From the IMG/VR virus record IMGVR_UViG_3300042455_000193, positions 1-60,024 of that record: a stretch of 60,024 nucleotides of DNA. One strand, written 5' to 3'. Origin of the DNA: a virus (taxonomy: Duplodnaviria; Caudoviricetes). The notes under the pieces were generated by a model. The model ran no database searches. It was not told where the DNA came from and saw only the letters and a program-made list of their open reading frames with translations. Made by a program: the position numbers and the translations under genes. Shown one piece after another: positions 28,822 to 38,614 of the stretch. Position 1 is the stretch's first letter, and each line of letters starts with the position of its first letter.

Positions 28822-29287
28822 TGATCAAGCTCCTTACTTCGTTGTAGGCTGCGACACAGGCGTTGAGTTTGAGGGTGGCTTTATCCCCGTCGGCTGCGAT
28901 GTCGATAAGAGCTGATACAAGCGATTGCTCAGATTCGGTTGGAGGGGGTTCGCTGGGTTGTGTATCTCCAACGGGAGCGGGGGTACTTGCGCTGGCTTGT
29001 GGACAACTGGGGGCGGGGAGGCGCAACCTACCAGTGCGAGCAAGCTCATGCATAGCAGACTGTTTTTTAACAACATCATCTTGTGCCTTTCGTAGTTCAG
29101 TTTCTTTATCAGCTAATTTAGAAGTCATGGTTTGCTCTAACGCCCGAGCTTCCTCATTCTTTTTTGCGATTGCAATTTGCATTTCTTTATCACGATCTGT
29201 CCACCCAAAGTGATAGCCGCCTCTGTAAGTCCCAAAGACTACAAATAACAATCCAACAAGTACCCAAGGCAGTGGTATTCCAAACAT
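28811..29287 (-). CDS. Rz: Rz-like inner-membrane spanin
   Basis: N-terminal TM segment, coiled coil, GRLRL, C-terminal LNAC..AY. Confidence 0.82.
   Translation of the reverse strand: MFGIPLPWVLVGLLFVVFGTYRGGYHFGWTDRDKEMQIAIAKKNEEARALEQTMTSKLADKETELRKAQDDVVKKQSAMHELARTGRLRLPAPSCPQASASTPAPVGDTQPSEPPPTESEQSLVSALIDIAADGDKATLKLNACVAAYNEVRSLINGQ
28834..29079 (-). CDS. Rz1: Rz1-like outer-membrane spanin lipoprotein embedded in Rz
   Basis: Signal peptide with lipobox LVG-C, Pro-rich mature part, alternative frame entirely within Rz. Confidence 0.75.
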   Translation of the reverse strand: MMLLKNSLLCMSLLALVGCASPPPVVHKPAQVPPLPLEIHNPANPLQPNLSNRLYQLLSTSQPTGIKPPSNSTPVSQPTTK

Positions 29288-29787
29288 TAGTCAACCTCTT
29301 TTCTTGCTGCCGCCAAATGCTCCCTATCGTGGTCATCTTCAAGATGACTAGGAGGAGTTGTCGGAGGAGGAGGGGGAGTCCAAGATTCATCTAGATCAGC
29401 GTTTTTAAATCCCATCCAGTTGTAATTGGTAGATGCCACAGAAGCCGCTACAGGCGCTTGAACTGGTGCAGGGCTACTTGGAGTTGGACTAGGTGCTGAT
29501 GGAGTCGCTACAGCGTTCTGGATGGCGTTTACAGCTGTTCCTACGCCTTTCTTGCCTATGACGCCACCGATGCCACCAACAATCAACAGAACGATGTCGT
29601 TCAACATCTTGGTGTACGCCATGTCAATAGGAGCCATTGTCTTGATTGGTTGCGTTACAAACGTTACGGAGTAAAGCAAGGCAATAACAATAAAGCAAAG
29701 AATCAATGTGACCATAACGACCACAAAGCCCCAGACGTAAACTTCTACTTCTTCAATTGTTAGTCTTGGTTTCTGGTTGTACTTCAT
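29287..29787 (-). CDS. Two-TM membrane protein, putative holin
   Basis: Two hydrophobic segments and a Pro-rich tail; lysis cassette position. Confidence 0.55.
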   Translation of the reverse strand: MKYNQKPRLTIEEVEVYVWGFVVVMVTLILCFIVIALLYSVTFVTQPIKTMAPIDMAYTKMLNDIVLLIVGGIGGVIGKKGVGTAVNAIQNAVATPSAPSPTPSSPAPVQAPVAASVASTNYNWMGFKNADLDESWTPPPPPTTPPSHLEDDHDREHLAAARKEVD

Positions 29788-29956
29788 TGATTTTTTTCTC
29801 CAAGATTGGGGCAACTAAATACTCGGGACATGTTTGTGTAAATAAACACTTTGGTTTTTGACACTCCTCCAAGTGAAAAGACTCTGGGTTCTGACACTTG
29901 TATCGGTAGCGGTCTTCACAGCCAGCCAGCAGTAAAAGCAAAATTAAATATCTCAT
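29753..29956 (-). CDS. Small Cys-rich lipoprotein
   Basis: MRYLILLLLLAG-C lipobox plus four more Cys. Confidence 0.7.
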   Translation of the reverse strand: MRYLILLLLLAGCEDRYRYKCQNPESFHLEECQKPKCLFTQTCPEYLVAPILEKKINEVQPETKTNN

Positions 29957-30129
29957 GCCATGATGTCCACAGAGTTCGGTCTAGCCCATTGGTTTTTCAC
30001 TTGTTGGGCTTTGTGTGCTTGTTCGTTCTGATGGTTCAGGCGTTGCAGTTCCTGCAAGTTTTTCTGGTGGATAGCTCTTTGAGCTTCCTTGAGAATGTTG
30101 GCATTGATTTGGTATAGCGTGACTCTCAT
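29953..30129 (-). CDS. Hypothetical 58-aa protein
   Basis: Read manually (MRVTLYQ...DIMA); ATGA-coupled on both sides. Confidence 0.55.
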   Translation of the reverse strand: MRVTLYQINANILKEAQRAIHQKNLQELQRLNHQNEQAHKAQQVKNQWARPNSVDIMA

Positions 30130-30275
30130 AACCCAATCTTCCCCAGTAAAAGGTTAACAATCTTGTTTGATAAATCATCTGGTAGAAACTTTAAGAAACC
30201 GAGAAACCACCATGCAACGCAACCGTAGCAAAACACTTTGCAAAACAAATCGAACTGTTTTTGGTACTCGTTCAT
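30126..30275 (-). CDS. Hypothetical 49-aa membrane protein
   Basis: Read manually (MNEYQKQFDLF...KIGL). Confidence 0.55.
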   Translation of the reverse strand: MNEYQKQFDLFCKVFCYGCVAWWFLGFLKFLPDDLSNKIVNLLLGKIGL

Positions 30276-30278
30276 GAC

Positions 30279-30776
30279 TCATCTACCGCAGCGATTTGTA
30301 GTGCCGCAAAACTGCACCATTTCATAGATGCCGATGAATAATAAAAACAACAAGAACGCAATCGCACCAATGGCAATGGCCCACTCTTGCATCTCAGCGT
30401 CTTTTTCTTTTTGCTTCTTCTCAGCCGCTTTAAGCGAAGCTATCTCTTTGGCGTCATCTCTGTCCATCTCTGCTTGACGGGCTTTGATCTTGTTCCAAAC
30501 ATCTATCTTTCCTGTTTGCATGAACAACATCTTTAACTCTTCTTCAAATGCTCTGGCTTGCTCTAGCGCCATTTCAATCTGAAGAGCGGTTCCCATGTTG
30601 GAACCTTTCTTATCTCTCTTTGCTTGAAGCATTGCTTTGGTAGCAGTGCTTTTTGCATCAAACATCTTGCCGATCATCGGCGCGAGAGAGCCTAGGTCAT
30701 TAGCTACTTTCGCAGCCTTCTTGACCATGCTAATTGCAGACTGTATTCCCGCTAGTGCTGTTACTGGATCAATCAT
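30279..30776 (-). CDS. Conserved phage membrane-anchored protein
   Basis: MIDPVTALAG start, coiled coil, C-terminal TM. Confidence 0.7.
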   Translation of the reverse strand: MIDPVTALAGIQSAISMVKKAAKVANDLGSLAPMIGKMFDAKSTATKAMLQAKRDKKGSNMGTALQIEMALEQARAFEEELKMLFMQTGKIDVWNKIKARQAEMDRDDAKEIASLKAAEKKQKEKDAEMQEWAIAIGAIAFLLFLLFIGIYEMVQFCGTTNRCGR

Positions 30777-30928
30777 TTTTTCTCCACTCTTTTCCATTCA
30801 AGGCAAACAACTTTTCTGTTGTAAACATCACCTGTCCATGTCCAGCGGATACAACGATATTCATTATTTTTGTCTTGGCTAGAGGCTCCTGAAAGCGTGA
30901 TGAAAAACAGAAAGACAATAAATTTCAT
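30773..30928 (-). CDS. Small exported protein (51 aa)
   Basis: Read manually; signal-like N-terminus, YRCIRWTW...VVCLEW. Confidence 0.55.
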   Translation of the reverse strand: MKFIVFLFFITLSGASSQDKNNEYRCIRWTWTGDVYNRKVVCLEWKRVEKK

Positions 30929-30955
30929 CTTTCATCTGTGGTTTAACTAACGTAG

Positions 30956-31150
30956 TCAAAGACCAACTAATTTCTTAAAGAACTCCGCTGCAACGCCGGG
31001 TCCAAACAGAACTGCCAAGATAACGCCGTACAACAGATACTCGATCTTGGTCATTCGTTTGTCTCCAGCATTTAGAGAGTCAGATATCTTGCTGTATCGC
31101 TCGGCGCAGATGGCTTCATGAACTGCCAGCTTTGTTTCTACGTTTTCCAT
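30956..31150 (-). CDS. Small coiled-coil + TM protein (XhlA/holin-like)
   Basis: HEAICAERY...TM segment. Confidence 0.6.
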   Translation of the reverse strand: MENVETKLAVHEAICAERYSKISDSLNAGDKRMTKIEYLLYGVILAVLFGPGVAAEFFKKLVGL

Positions 31151-31166
31151 AAAATCTTTCGACAAC

Positions 31167-31195
31167 AAAAAACCCGCCGAAGCGGGTTTGTTTTA
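31167..31195. terminator. Intrinsic terminator, probably bidirectional
   Basis: AAAAAACCCGC-CGAA-GCGGGTTTGTTTT. Confidence 0.8.
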
Positions 31196-31208
31196 ATTCT
31201 GGGGTTGC

Positions 31209-31379
31209 TTAGTTAGGAAGCGGAGTTTCTTGAGGTTCTTGATCACCTTGCTTCATCTTCGCAATTTCTTGCTCAAGAGTCTTGGCTCGGGCTGCAACAG
31301 ATGCAAGTTGATTGAGAGCTGCATCACGCTGCGCAGCAACTTCACCTAATAGATTCTGGATATACGCTTCATCATTCAT
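31209..31379 (-). CDS. 56-aa coiled-coil protein
   Basis: Read manually; AGGAG RBS; upstream TATAAT and operator-like site. Confidence 0.65.
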   Translation of the reverse strand: MNDEAYIQNLLGEVAAQRDAALNQLASVAARAKTLEQEIAKMKQGDQEPQETPLPN

Positions 31380-31413
31380 TGATAGCTCCTAAGTTGTTGA
31401 ATTAGATGTTGAT

Positions 31414-31440
31414 GTTATCAACGCTAATATTCTATTATAA
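31414..31440 (-). promoter_or_regulatory. Operator-like site and TATAAT -10 element
   Basis: GTTATCAACGCTAAT (11/14) at 31414-31428. Confidence 0.5.
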
Positions 31441-31511
31441 ATGCTTACGTTTGCCAATACTTAGACACTTCAATTTTAAAGATTTGTTGGTTGTCCATGA
31501 TCGTATTTTAA

Positions 31512-32126
31512 TTAGAGGTAACCGTTAGATAGTTGAATAGTAATACCAGTTCGTGTAGTTAATACAGGTGAGCCTGAAGAACTCGAAGATATTTCCACAG
31601 TGTACTCAGCATATACTTGTCGAGCTATATCTTGGTAAATAACAATTTCTCTACCCGGGGAAGTTAATTGAAGCCAACCAGTAGAAGCAGTAGACGCAGC
31701 AGCTGCACCATTACCAACTGCTGCTGTTCGTGTAAACCGAATCCAGTAGTTTGAGCCTATTCCAGATGTAGTTGGGTTTCCCCAAGTTTGGCCAAGAGAT
31801 TGGTATCCAAAATCAAAGCCGTACTGATCCATAGTTCCATTAGCATTCCACCGAATACCTGCGCCAGCTGCTTCTCCGAAGCTATAAAACACATCATCAA
31901 TAAAATACCCATTACCAAAGCCGCTTGAGTACGCTACTGTGAATGCGGGGGTAGCACGTTTGCTATAAAACTCGCTCATCGAGATTGCGCCCGAAGAGAA
32001 CGTGCCAGAACCACCTGCGTCCGTGTACCAAGTGGTGCCTCGGTAGGCGTTTAGATTATTGCCGCGACCAAACTCAGCATTAATCTGCGATATTGAAATC
32101 GCTCCGGACGACTGCAGAGCTGGCAT
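31512..32126 (-). CDS. Fibre-tip/adhesin-like protein
   Basis: LQSSGAISISQINAEFG...GAISMSEFYSK N-terminal motif; follows the fibre gene. Confidence 0.65.
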   Translation of the reverse strand: MPALQSSGAISISQINAEFGRGNNLNAYRGTTWYTDAGGSGTFSSGAISMSEFYSKRATPAFTVAYSSGFGNGYFIDDVFYSFGEAAGAGIRWNANGTMDQYGFDFGYQSLGQTWGNPTTSGIGSNYWIRFTRTAAVGNGAAAASTASTGWLQLTSPGREIVIYQDIARQVYAEYTVEISSSSSGSPVLTTRTGITIQLSNGYL

Positions 32127-32129
32127 GGC

Positions 32130-32534
32130 TTAAGGTGTTGGTGTTGGCGCAGCAGGAGTCTCAACAACTGGAGCCCAAGGCATAGCTGTCGAAGCCAATG
32201 CAGACCTAGCAACTTCTCTGTCAAGAACAAATTGGATGTGAGCCTTGATACCGGGTAAGCGCGTTTCTGCTGATTCAATCCAAGCAACAACTGCAGCTTC
32301 AGTCAAATTAGATAATGGAACAAAACCTTCAGCGGCGGGGTCGCCTAGATTAGTTACTTGTGGCAACTCAAACTTCTGACCAGCTTCTTCGCCGATCAGT
32401 GTCCACTCCACTTGTTTGACAACACCTGTGTGTTGTCCAACGGTAGCAGTACGAATACCGTTTACCTTGATTGTGAAAGTCGCAGTGTATGTTGGCTCTA
32501 CAACTGCAGAAGGGTTAAGAACGGGTGTAGTCAT
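32130..32534 (-). CDS. Fibre-associated conserved protein
   Basis: VVKQVEW...FVPLSNLTEAAVVAWI...PW. Confidence 0.6.
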   Translation of the reverse strand: MTTPVLNPSAVVEPTYTATFTIKVNGIRTATVGQHTGVVKQVEWTLIGEEAGQKFELPQVTNLGDPAAEGFVPLSNLTEAAVVAWIESAETRLPGIKAHIQFVLDREVARSALASTAMPWAPVVETPAAPTPTP

Positions 32535-32536
32535 GG

Positions 32537-35500
32537 TTAATCTCCGATGAGTTGGTTGATAAGGAATTCAAGTTGAGATACGCGAGTGCGTAAATCAACA
32601 ACTTCTTTTGCTAGCTCCACGGAAGATGCAAGAGCTGCATTGCCATAAGAGACAGAGAGGGTTTGCATTTCGTCTTTAGTCGTCATGATTGCCTGTGGAA
32701 GCAATCTCTGAAGCGACTGAGCTGAAACACCGACCTGAGACATTTCTTTTTCGTCAATGCGGTCGTAGATACCTACTTTGACTTGAGCCAAGCGAGTGAC
32801 GTAATCCTCTGGCATTGGCTGCCAGTTAGTTTTAAGCCGCTCGTCAGAATAGGCTGTTACGTTACCTGCGTAAGTTCCATTACCGCTCATGTCTAATTGC
32901 CAACGGTTGGCTGCAGCAGACCAGCCGCCTATACGCATTACGTTGTCATCGTCAAGACCCATATTAGTGGCGTAGTGACCACCTTTATGAAACGACATAA
33001 ATGCGGAGTTATTTCCAGTGCTATAAGCCTGTAAAGCTGCCGAGTCTGTATTACCAGATCGTCCATTTCTATTTGTCTGAAAATAAATTATGCCGGTAAT
33101 CGTATCACCGCCGCGATTCATTGTGTAACTAGTGTAGTTGTTGCTGTTTAGGTAGTAAGTCCAGCCGCTAAAACCGCCGCCGCTAACGTTACGTTGAGCA
33201 AGTCGAAGAGAATTGTCTTCCCAACCCCATGCAACTGTTGTGCCCCACAAATTGCTGCCGTTACTGTGACGATAGTGATCGTAGAACCACCATGTGCCTC
33301 CGGGACTGTTTGATATATTGGCGTCATCACCTGCGTGACGCATTGTTCCAGCAGGGGTATTGCCGAAATCGGTATTAATATTTCCGCTTGATCCACTCCG
33401 AGCAAGGTAGTGACTTGAATCAAGACCGCGAGCAGTACCTGTAATACTAATACCCCAAGTACCAGAAGCATTGCCGCCGCCGCGTGTGGGTACATCAAGA
33501 AAATTACGTGCTCCACCGGCAGTAACTTTAACGCCTTGATTAGTAGTTGGGTAAATGGCTACAAGTGAAGATGGTGTGAAATCTTGAACACCAACAGTCA
33601 AAACAATTTCTCTAACGGCAATATCACCTGCGCCATCACGATAAGCAATAGTGTTTGCGGAAGCCGAAGTGGTAGGGTTGTTATACCCAGAGATTGATCC
33701 AGCTGTTCCAGTGACGTTGATGCCCCAAGTACCACTAGCGTTTCCACCGGTTAGGGTTGGTGAGTAAGAGTTGTAGTTTGCTGAAGTGAGAACCGTCTTA
33801 AACGGAGTCCAATTGGCACTGTCTGTTCGATTACGAAACTCCATCGAGCCGCCGTAATGAAACCTTTGTTGTACAGTGCTAGTAGAGCCACCTTGCCCAA
33901 ACACCAAAACAGTGTGACTATCACCAACATTATTTTGGCTCCATACGCCAAGCCCAGTGATCGAATCAACACTACCAGATGAATAACTGCCCCGACCAAC
34001 CATATAGTTAGATGTGTCGGAAAGGCTTCCGGACGAACCTGTAACACTTATTCCCCAAGTTCCTGAAGCACCAGAGCCGCCTAATGATGGAGCGTAACTT
34101 GTGTAGTTGCTAGCATCAAGAATAACTGCTTCAGTACCCCCGCCGGGATTACCTTTATGTACGTATCCAGTACCAGCCATCCATCGCAGCATCCACCCAT
34201 TACCAGCACGATGGAACCCAACCTCGTTGCTGTTCATCATCAAGTTTGCGCCAGAATCAAAATAAATCCCGTGCCAGCCAGCGCGTGATCCAGCAATACG
34301 CCATGAGCCGTATTCAGTATTGTTCGGGTAGAAATGAGCGCCGTTGAGTGGGCTGTACAAGCCGGAGTGATTGCCGAATTCAATCCACTCGTTTGAATAG
34401 TTTCGACCCGTTGTTGTCCAGCCCGGTGAAATTGTCAGGCGGCCAGACATTGATCCGCCGCTCAAAGGTAGTGCGTAAGAGCTGTAGTTACCTGCGTGAA
34501 GAACCTGATTCCCACCTTGCGTTAACGCGCCAACTGCGTTTAGTGTATTACCAAATTCAGCATTGTTGTTTTCTAAATTAATAGTCAGCGGCCAGTAACC
34601 GTTTGCTGTTGCCCATCCACTGCTATTAGTTCCGGCACCTCGCAGTACATAAAAAGTATTGCTGTTTACATGAATCATTGCTGATCGATGATCGGTATCT
34701 TGAAAAACAATAGTTGGATCGCCGAGGTTGAGGGTTAAATAACCAGTTAAAGTGCCACCCCCCAACGGCAATGCATAAGAACCAAAGTTTCCCGAATGCA
34801 AAATGTTTCTTAGGGGGTTCCATGATGTATTTACGCCACTGCGCAGATACCAATTTTCATGAGCACCGGTTGATGCGGGGCCAATAATTTGCCAAGCGGT
34901 ATAGCCGTCATGCCACCCCTGCATGGTCATGGCTGTATGCCAATCTCCACCGCCGACAATCTGATTCGTGAATTCGTAAGTAGTTCTATAGTCTTGATAG
35001 GCGTTTGGCGTGTATTGCCCTGCGCGAGTATCTAGGATTTGATTATAGGTAGAAAACCCTGCGCTACCAGAAGAACCAGTAACGTTGATACTCCATGTTC
35101 CAGATGCGTTTCCACCCGTTAATGTTGGACTGTAGCTGTTATAGTTACCTGCATTTAAGACGGTGTTACCGTTGACAGTAAAAGAACCATTGCGCCCAAC
35201 AGTTAAAATGTCGCCAATTCCATCAGCGTGAAGTGCAAAATTGGAGTTTGCATCGTGGGCAAGCCACCAACCGTAGCCAGAATTGACGCTGTTATTTGTA
35301 TTACGTACCTGCAAACCATAGCGCTGCGTGGAGATCAACTGCAACGGATATCCACTGGTACTGATATAGGTCTGCCCACTAATGGTTCCACCACTTAACG
35401 GCAGAGCGTAGGAGCTGTAGTTACCTGCGTGGAGAACAGTGTTGCCAGCAACTTTAAAACCGCCGCCAGACACATTTATGTTTCCGGCATCACCACTGGG

Positions 35501-36844
35501 AGCGAAGTCCATAATGGTAGATGCTGTTCGAATACGAAGACCGAAGTACCCAGCAAATTGGGGAACTTGCGCCGCGCCAAAGTTTAAGTCACTGAAGCCA
35601 AGTCCATACCATGGAGCACCGTTAACTTGGTCAGCCAAATTGGAAGAAGCAATACCAATTTTGGGGGCATAGATTCCGCTGTTGGCAGTCAAAATTCCAC
35701 TTAATGTACCGCCACTCAAAGGCAATGCATAAGAGTTGTAGTTACCTGCGTGAAGAATTACGTTACCGTTGTATGTAACGTTGTTGATAAACGGATTGCC
35801 GCCGTTGCGACTAAGAGTGTTAATCCAGCCGTTTTGAGCAGCATTGAGGATGTACTGATTGCCGTTATGGTAGAAGTCACCGTTCAGGCTAATGTAGTTG
35901 TTAAATACCGTGACGCCAGACAGCGATGTAGTGCCATTACCATCGACGGTTATTCTGCTCGAGCCATTGATGCCGATACGAAGACTGGACGACTCAAGCC
36001 ACAACGGGGTGTAGGCAGCTGATGTTCGGTTAAAACCTTGTACGACTGTTTGCGTTCCATCCCATCCGAGTTCCAAACCACCACCAGAAGTACCTGCAGC
36101 GAATGCGTTAAGAACTAAACCTCGCCCATATACCGTTCCAGTCAAAGTTCCGCCAGCTAAAGGCAAATAAGTACTAGCCGCAGACGCAGAAGTCAAATAG
36201 CCTGACAACGCAGAGCTTGTGATGTAGCCGCTTGGATTGCTGTTGTTGTACGGCGTGAAGCCCAGAGCAGTTGTCACCATACCGGATGTGATGCCGGTAA
36301 TGTAGCCCGATGGGTTGCTGCTGTTGTAAGGCGTATAACCCAAAGCAGTTGTGACGTTAGCCGACGTAATGCCAGATATATAACCGTTAGGATTAGTGGC
36401 GTTGTAGGGCGTAAAACCTAGTGCTGTGGTCACATTACCGGAAGTAATTCCAGTGATATAACCACTAGGATTGCTGGCATTGTATGGAGTAAATCCGAGT
36501 GCGTTTGTAACGTTGCTTGACGTAATACTTGTTGCAGTATCAGACTTAAATTGATCCAGTAAGCCGCCAGTAATTCTTAGCTCACAAATTACGCCGCTTA
36601 CAAAGGTAAGCGCAGTAGTGCCTTCTTGCGCTCGAACAACAGTCAATGTATCTGCTGTTCTGACGGTAACCTTAACAATCTCAAAGTTACCACCGCCATC
36701 AAGAATAGTCAGATAAAAGAAATCTGATCCAGTAACCGCAGGAAATTTAGCGCCGCCGCCACTTGCCAACACAATACTTGTAGCTGTTGTGTTAATGCCA
36801 GACGCCAATGTGGACGCTGCATTGTTTTTGTACAAGACTGCCAT
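32537..36844 (-). CDS. Long modular tail fibre with C-terminal S74-type intramolecular chaperone
   Basis: EIVKVT...RAQEGT N-terminus, 26-aa repeats, about 10 LPLxGG/ASGTW linkers, YSDERLK...GVSAQ...LSVSYG. Confidence 0.88.
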   Translation of the reverse strand: MAVLYKNNAASTLASGINTTATSIVLASGGGAKFPAVTGSDFFYLTILDGGGNFEIVKVTVRTADTLTVVRAQEGTTALTFVSGVICELRITGGLLDQFKSDTATSITSSNVTNALGFTPYNASNPSGYITGITSGNVTTALGFTPYNATNPNGYISGITSANVTTALGYTPYNSSNPSGYITGITSGMVTTALGFTPYNNSNPSGYITSSALSGYLTSASAASTYLPLAGGTLTGTVYGRGLVLNAFAAGTSGGGLELGWDGTQTVVQGFNRTSAAYTPLWLESSSLRIGINGSSRITVDGNGTTSLSGVTVFNNYISLNGDFYHNGNQYILNAAQNGWINTLSRNGGNPFINNVTYNGNVILHAGNYNSYALPLSGGTLSGILTANSGIYAPKIGIASSNLADQVNGAPWYGLGFSDLNFGAAQVPQFAGYFGLRIRTASTIMDFAPSGDAGNINVSGGGFKVAGNTVLHAGNYSSYALPLSGGTISGQTYISTSGYPLQLISTQRYGLQVRNTNNSVNSGYGWWLAHDANSNFALHADGIGDILTVGRNGSFTVNGNTVLNAGNYNSYSPTLTGGNASGTWSINVTGSSGSAGFSTYNQILDTRAGQYTPNAYQDYRTTYEFTNQIVGGGDWHTAMTMQGWHDGYTAWQIIGPASTGAHENWYLRSGVNTSWNPLRNILHSGNFGSYALPLGGGTLTGYLTLNLGDPTIVFQDTDHRSAMIHVNSNTFYVLRGAGTNSSGWATANGYWPLTINLENNNAEFGNTLNAVGALTQGGNQVLHAGNYSSYALPLSGGSMSGRLTISPGWTTTGRNYSNEWIEFGNHSGLYSPLNGAHFYPNNTEYGSWRIAGSRAGWHGIYFDSGANLMMNSNEVGFHRAGNGWMLRWMAGTGYVHKGNPGGGTEAVILDASNYTSYAPSLGGSGASGTWGISVTGSSGSLSDTSNYMVGRGSYSSGSVDSITGLGVWSQNNVGDSHTVLVFGQGGSTSTVQQRFHYGGSMEFRNRTDSANWTPFKTVLTSANYNSYSPTLTGGNASGTWGINVTGTAGSISGYNNPTTSASANTIAYRDGAGDIAVREIVLTVGVQDFTPSSLVAIYPTTNQGVKVTAGGARNFLDVPTRGGGNASGTWGISITGTARGLDSSHYLARSGSSGNINTDFGNTPAGTMRHAGDDANISNSPGGTWWFYDHYRHSNGSNLWGTTVAWGWEDNSLRLAQRNVSGGGFSGWTYYLNSNNYTSYTMNRGGDTITGIIYFQTNRNGRSGNTDSAALQAYSTGNNSAFMSFHKGGHYATNMGLDDDNVMRIGGWSAAANRWQLDMSGNGTYAGNVTAYSDERLKTNWQPMPEDYVTRLAQVKVGIYDRIDEKEMSQVGVSAQSLQRLLPQAIMTTKDEMQTLSVSYGNAALASSVELAKEVVDLRTRVSQLEFLINQLIGD

Positions 36845-38598
36845 TATGCTGCTATCCCGTAAATTTGTTGGATGTCGTAAACCATTTCAATATCTTCCAA
36901 AACTGCATCGACTTGAATGCTTGCAACACTTACACCGCAAACGATATCTGCCGTCACTGCGCTTGCAATGATGTAATTTGCGGAAACAGAGAACTGAACC
37001 TCAATCGTTGATGCCGACGCCTCGATGGTGGAGACACTAGTTGCAAGAGCAAGCTTGCTGAAAGTTGGGAAACTTACTAACCTTGCTCTTGTAATCTGGG
37101 CTGTGGCGGACTGAGCGCCGGAGAGATTCTTGCGAACCTGTGCATTTGCAAAGTCAATGGTCGCTATAGCATTTAGCTGTGCAGCAAAGTTCTTTGTAAT
37201 ATCAACAAAACCAGTTTCAACAGCAGAAGCTTCGCCATTCCCAACCAAAAGCTTAGTCAGAGAAAGCAAAGATTCTTGAGAAGCTGTTGCACTTATTGCC
37301 GCCGCCAAAAGCTTTCTTAACTCAAGAATGGCAGTCGTCGTTGCTATTGCAAAACCAGCTGCCTCTATGATCTTTGTCACAGAAGCACTAGCGTTTGTGT
37401 TAGCCGCCACACTGGCAACCAACGCAAGATTCTTTGTTATGTCTGCAACGGCTGATGTACTTGCGCTCGCGCTTGCAGCAACCGATAGAAGCTTTACAAG
37501 ATCAACTGGAGCCGCTTCAATAGTGGCTACGCCAGATGCTGTTATTTGTAGAATCTTTGTAATGCTTGCTTGCGCGTTTGTTGATGCGCTTGCACTTGCG
37601 ACCAAAAACAGAGACTTTGTAACGTCTGCAACAGCAGATGTACTTGCCGTCGCATTTGCCGCGAAGCTTAAAGACTTGACCAAATCAACTGGCGCTACAT
37701 TAATAGTAGCAACACCGGTTGCAGTGATATTCAAATTCTTTGTGAGACTGGCTTGTGCGCTTGTCAGTGCGCTTGCACTTGCAACCAGTGAAAAACTCTT
37801 CTCGATGCCAGCCGCAGCAGAGGTGTTTGCAATTGCGTTTGCACCAAACGACAAAGACTTAACTAGCGAAACCGGCGCAACGGCAACGACTGCCACACCG
37901 GAGGCTACTATCTGCAAGTTCTTTGTAAGACTTGCTGAAGCTGTGGTAGTTGCTGAACTAGATGCGGAAGCAGAAAGATCTATCTGTAATCTTGCAGTCG
38001 CAGTCGTTGATGCAGCAGCAAATGCTGTCAACGCTAAACTCTTAACCAACTCAACAGATTCAACAGCAACTGTTGAAACTGAGTTAACAGAGAGGTTTAA
38101 ATTCTTTGTGACATTAGCGTTCGATACCGCAACTGTTGTTGTTCCAAACGCCTGAATTCCACCTAGGGTTTTCTCTAGGTTGGCTTGAGCACTTGTTGTT
38201 ACAGATGCGGATGCTTGAGATTCAAAAATTAATAAGAAGGATGCGGTTCCGGTACATGTACCTGCCGCACTTCCAGAGCCTGAGACACTCTTTGTTAAAG
38301 ATGCTGTAGCTGTAGATGTTGTCGCAACCGCAGAAGCTAATGCCGCTAACGGTACGTTTAAACTTGCAATCGCACTGGTAGTTGCTGTTGTAGATGCTGA
38401 AGCCGCAAAAGTGTAATTGACTGTTGCGGAAGCAGTTACATTACAGACCCCGGTTATCGAACCAGAGAAGCCCTTTGTAAGACCAAGTGATCCAGTAACG
38501 GACGCTGTACTACTGACAGCATTTCCAGCTAACGATACAAGTAAACCAGCACTGCCGTTAAGCGTGGCTGCGTTTAATTGACCGCCATTGAAAATCAT
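36844..38598 (-). CDS. Ala/Ser/Thr-rich repeat structural (fibre/whisker-like) protein
   Basis: 20-21-aa units with a 61-aa (183-bp) super-repeat. Confidence 0.65.
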   Translation of the reverse strand: MIFNGGQLNAATLNGSAGLLVSLAGNAVSSTASVTGSLGLTKGFSGSITGVCNVTASATVNYTFAASASTTATTSAIASLNVPLAALASAVATTSTATASLTKSVSGSGSAAGTCTGTASFLLIFESQASASVTTSAQANLEKTLGGIQAFGTTTVAVSNANVTKNLNLSVNSVSTVAVESVELVKSLALTAFAAASTTATARLQIDLSASASSSATTTASASLTKNLQIVASGVAVVAVAPVSLVKSLSFGANAIANTSAAAGIEKSFSLVASASALTSAQASLTKNLNITATGVATINVAPVDLVKSLSFAANATASTSAVADVTKSLFLVASASASTNAQASITKILQITASGVATIEAAPVDLVKLLSVAASASASTSAVADITKNLALVASVAANTNASASVTKIIEAAGFAIATTTAILELRKLLAAAISATASQESLLSLTKLLVGNGEASAVETGFVDITKNFAAQLNAIATIDFANAQVRKNLSGAQSATAQITRARLVSFPTFSKLALATSVSTIEASASTIEVQFSVSANYIIASAVTADIVCGVSVASIQVDAVLEDIEMVYDIQQIYGIAA

Positions 38599-38614
38599 AA
38601 AAGTCTACATGCGA

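Noticed and set aside
37328-38155. 275-aa antisense ORF, and other long antisense ORFs such as 41856-42461
   Set aside because: Shadows of real genes; the 275-aa one simply mirrors the Ala/Ser/Thr repeats
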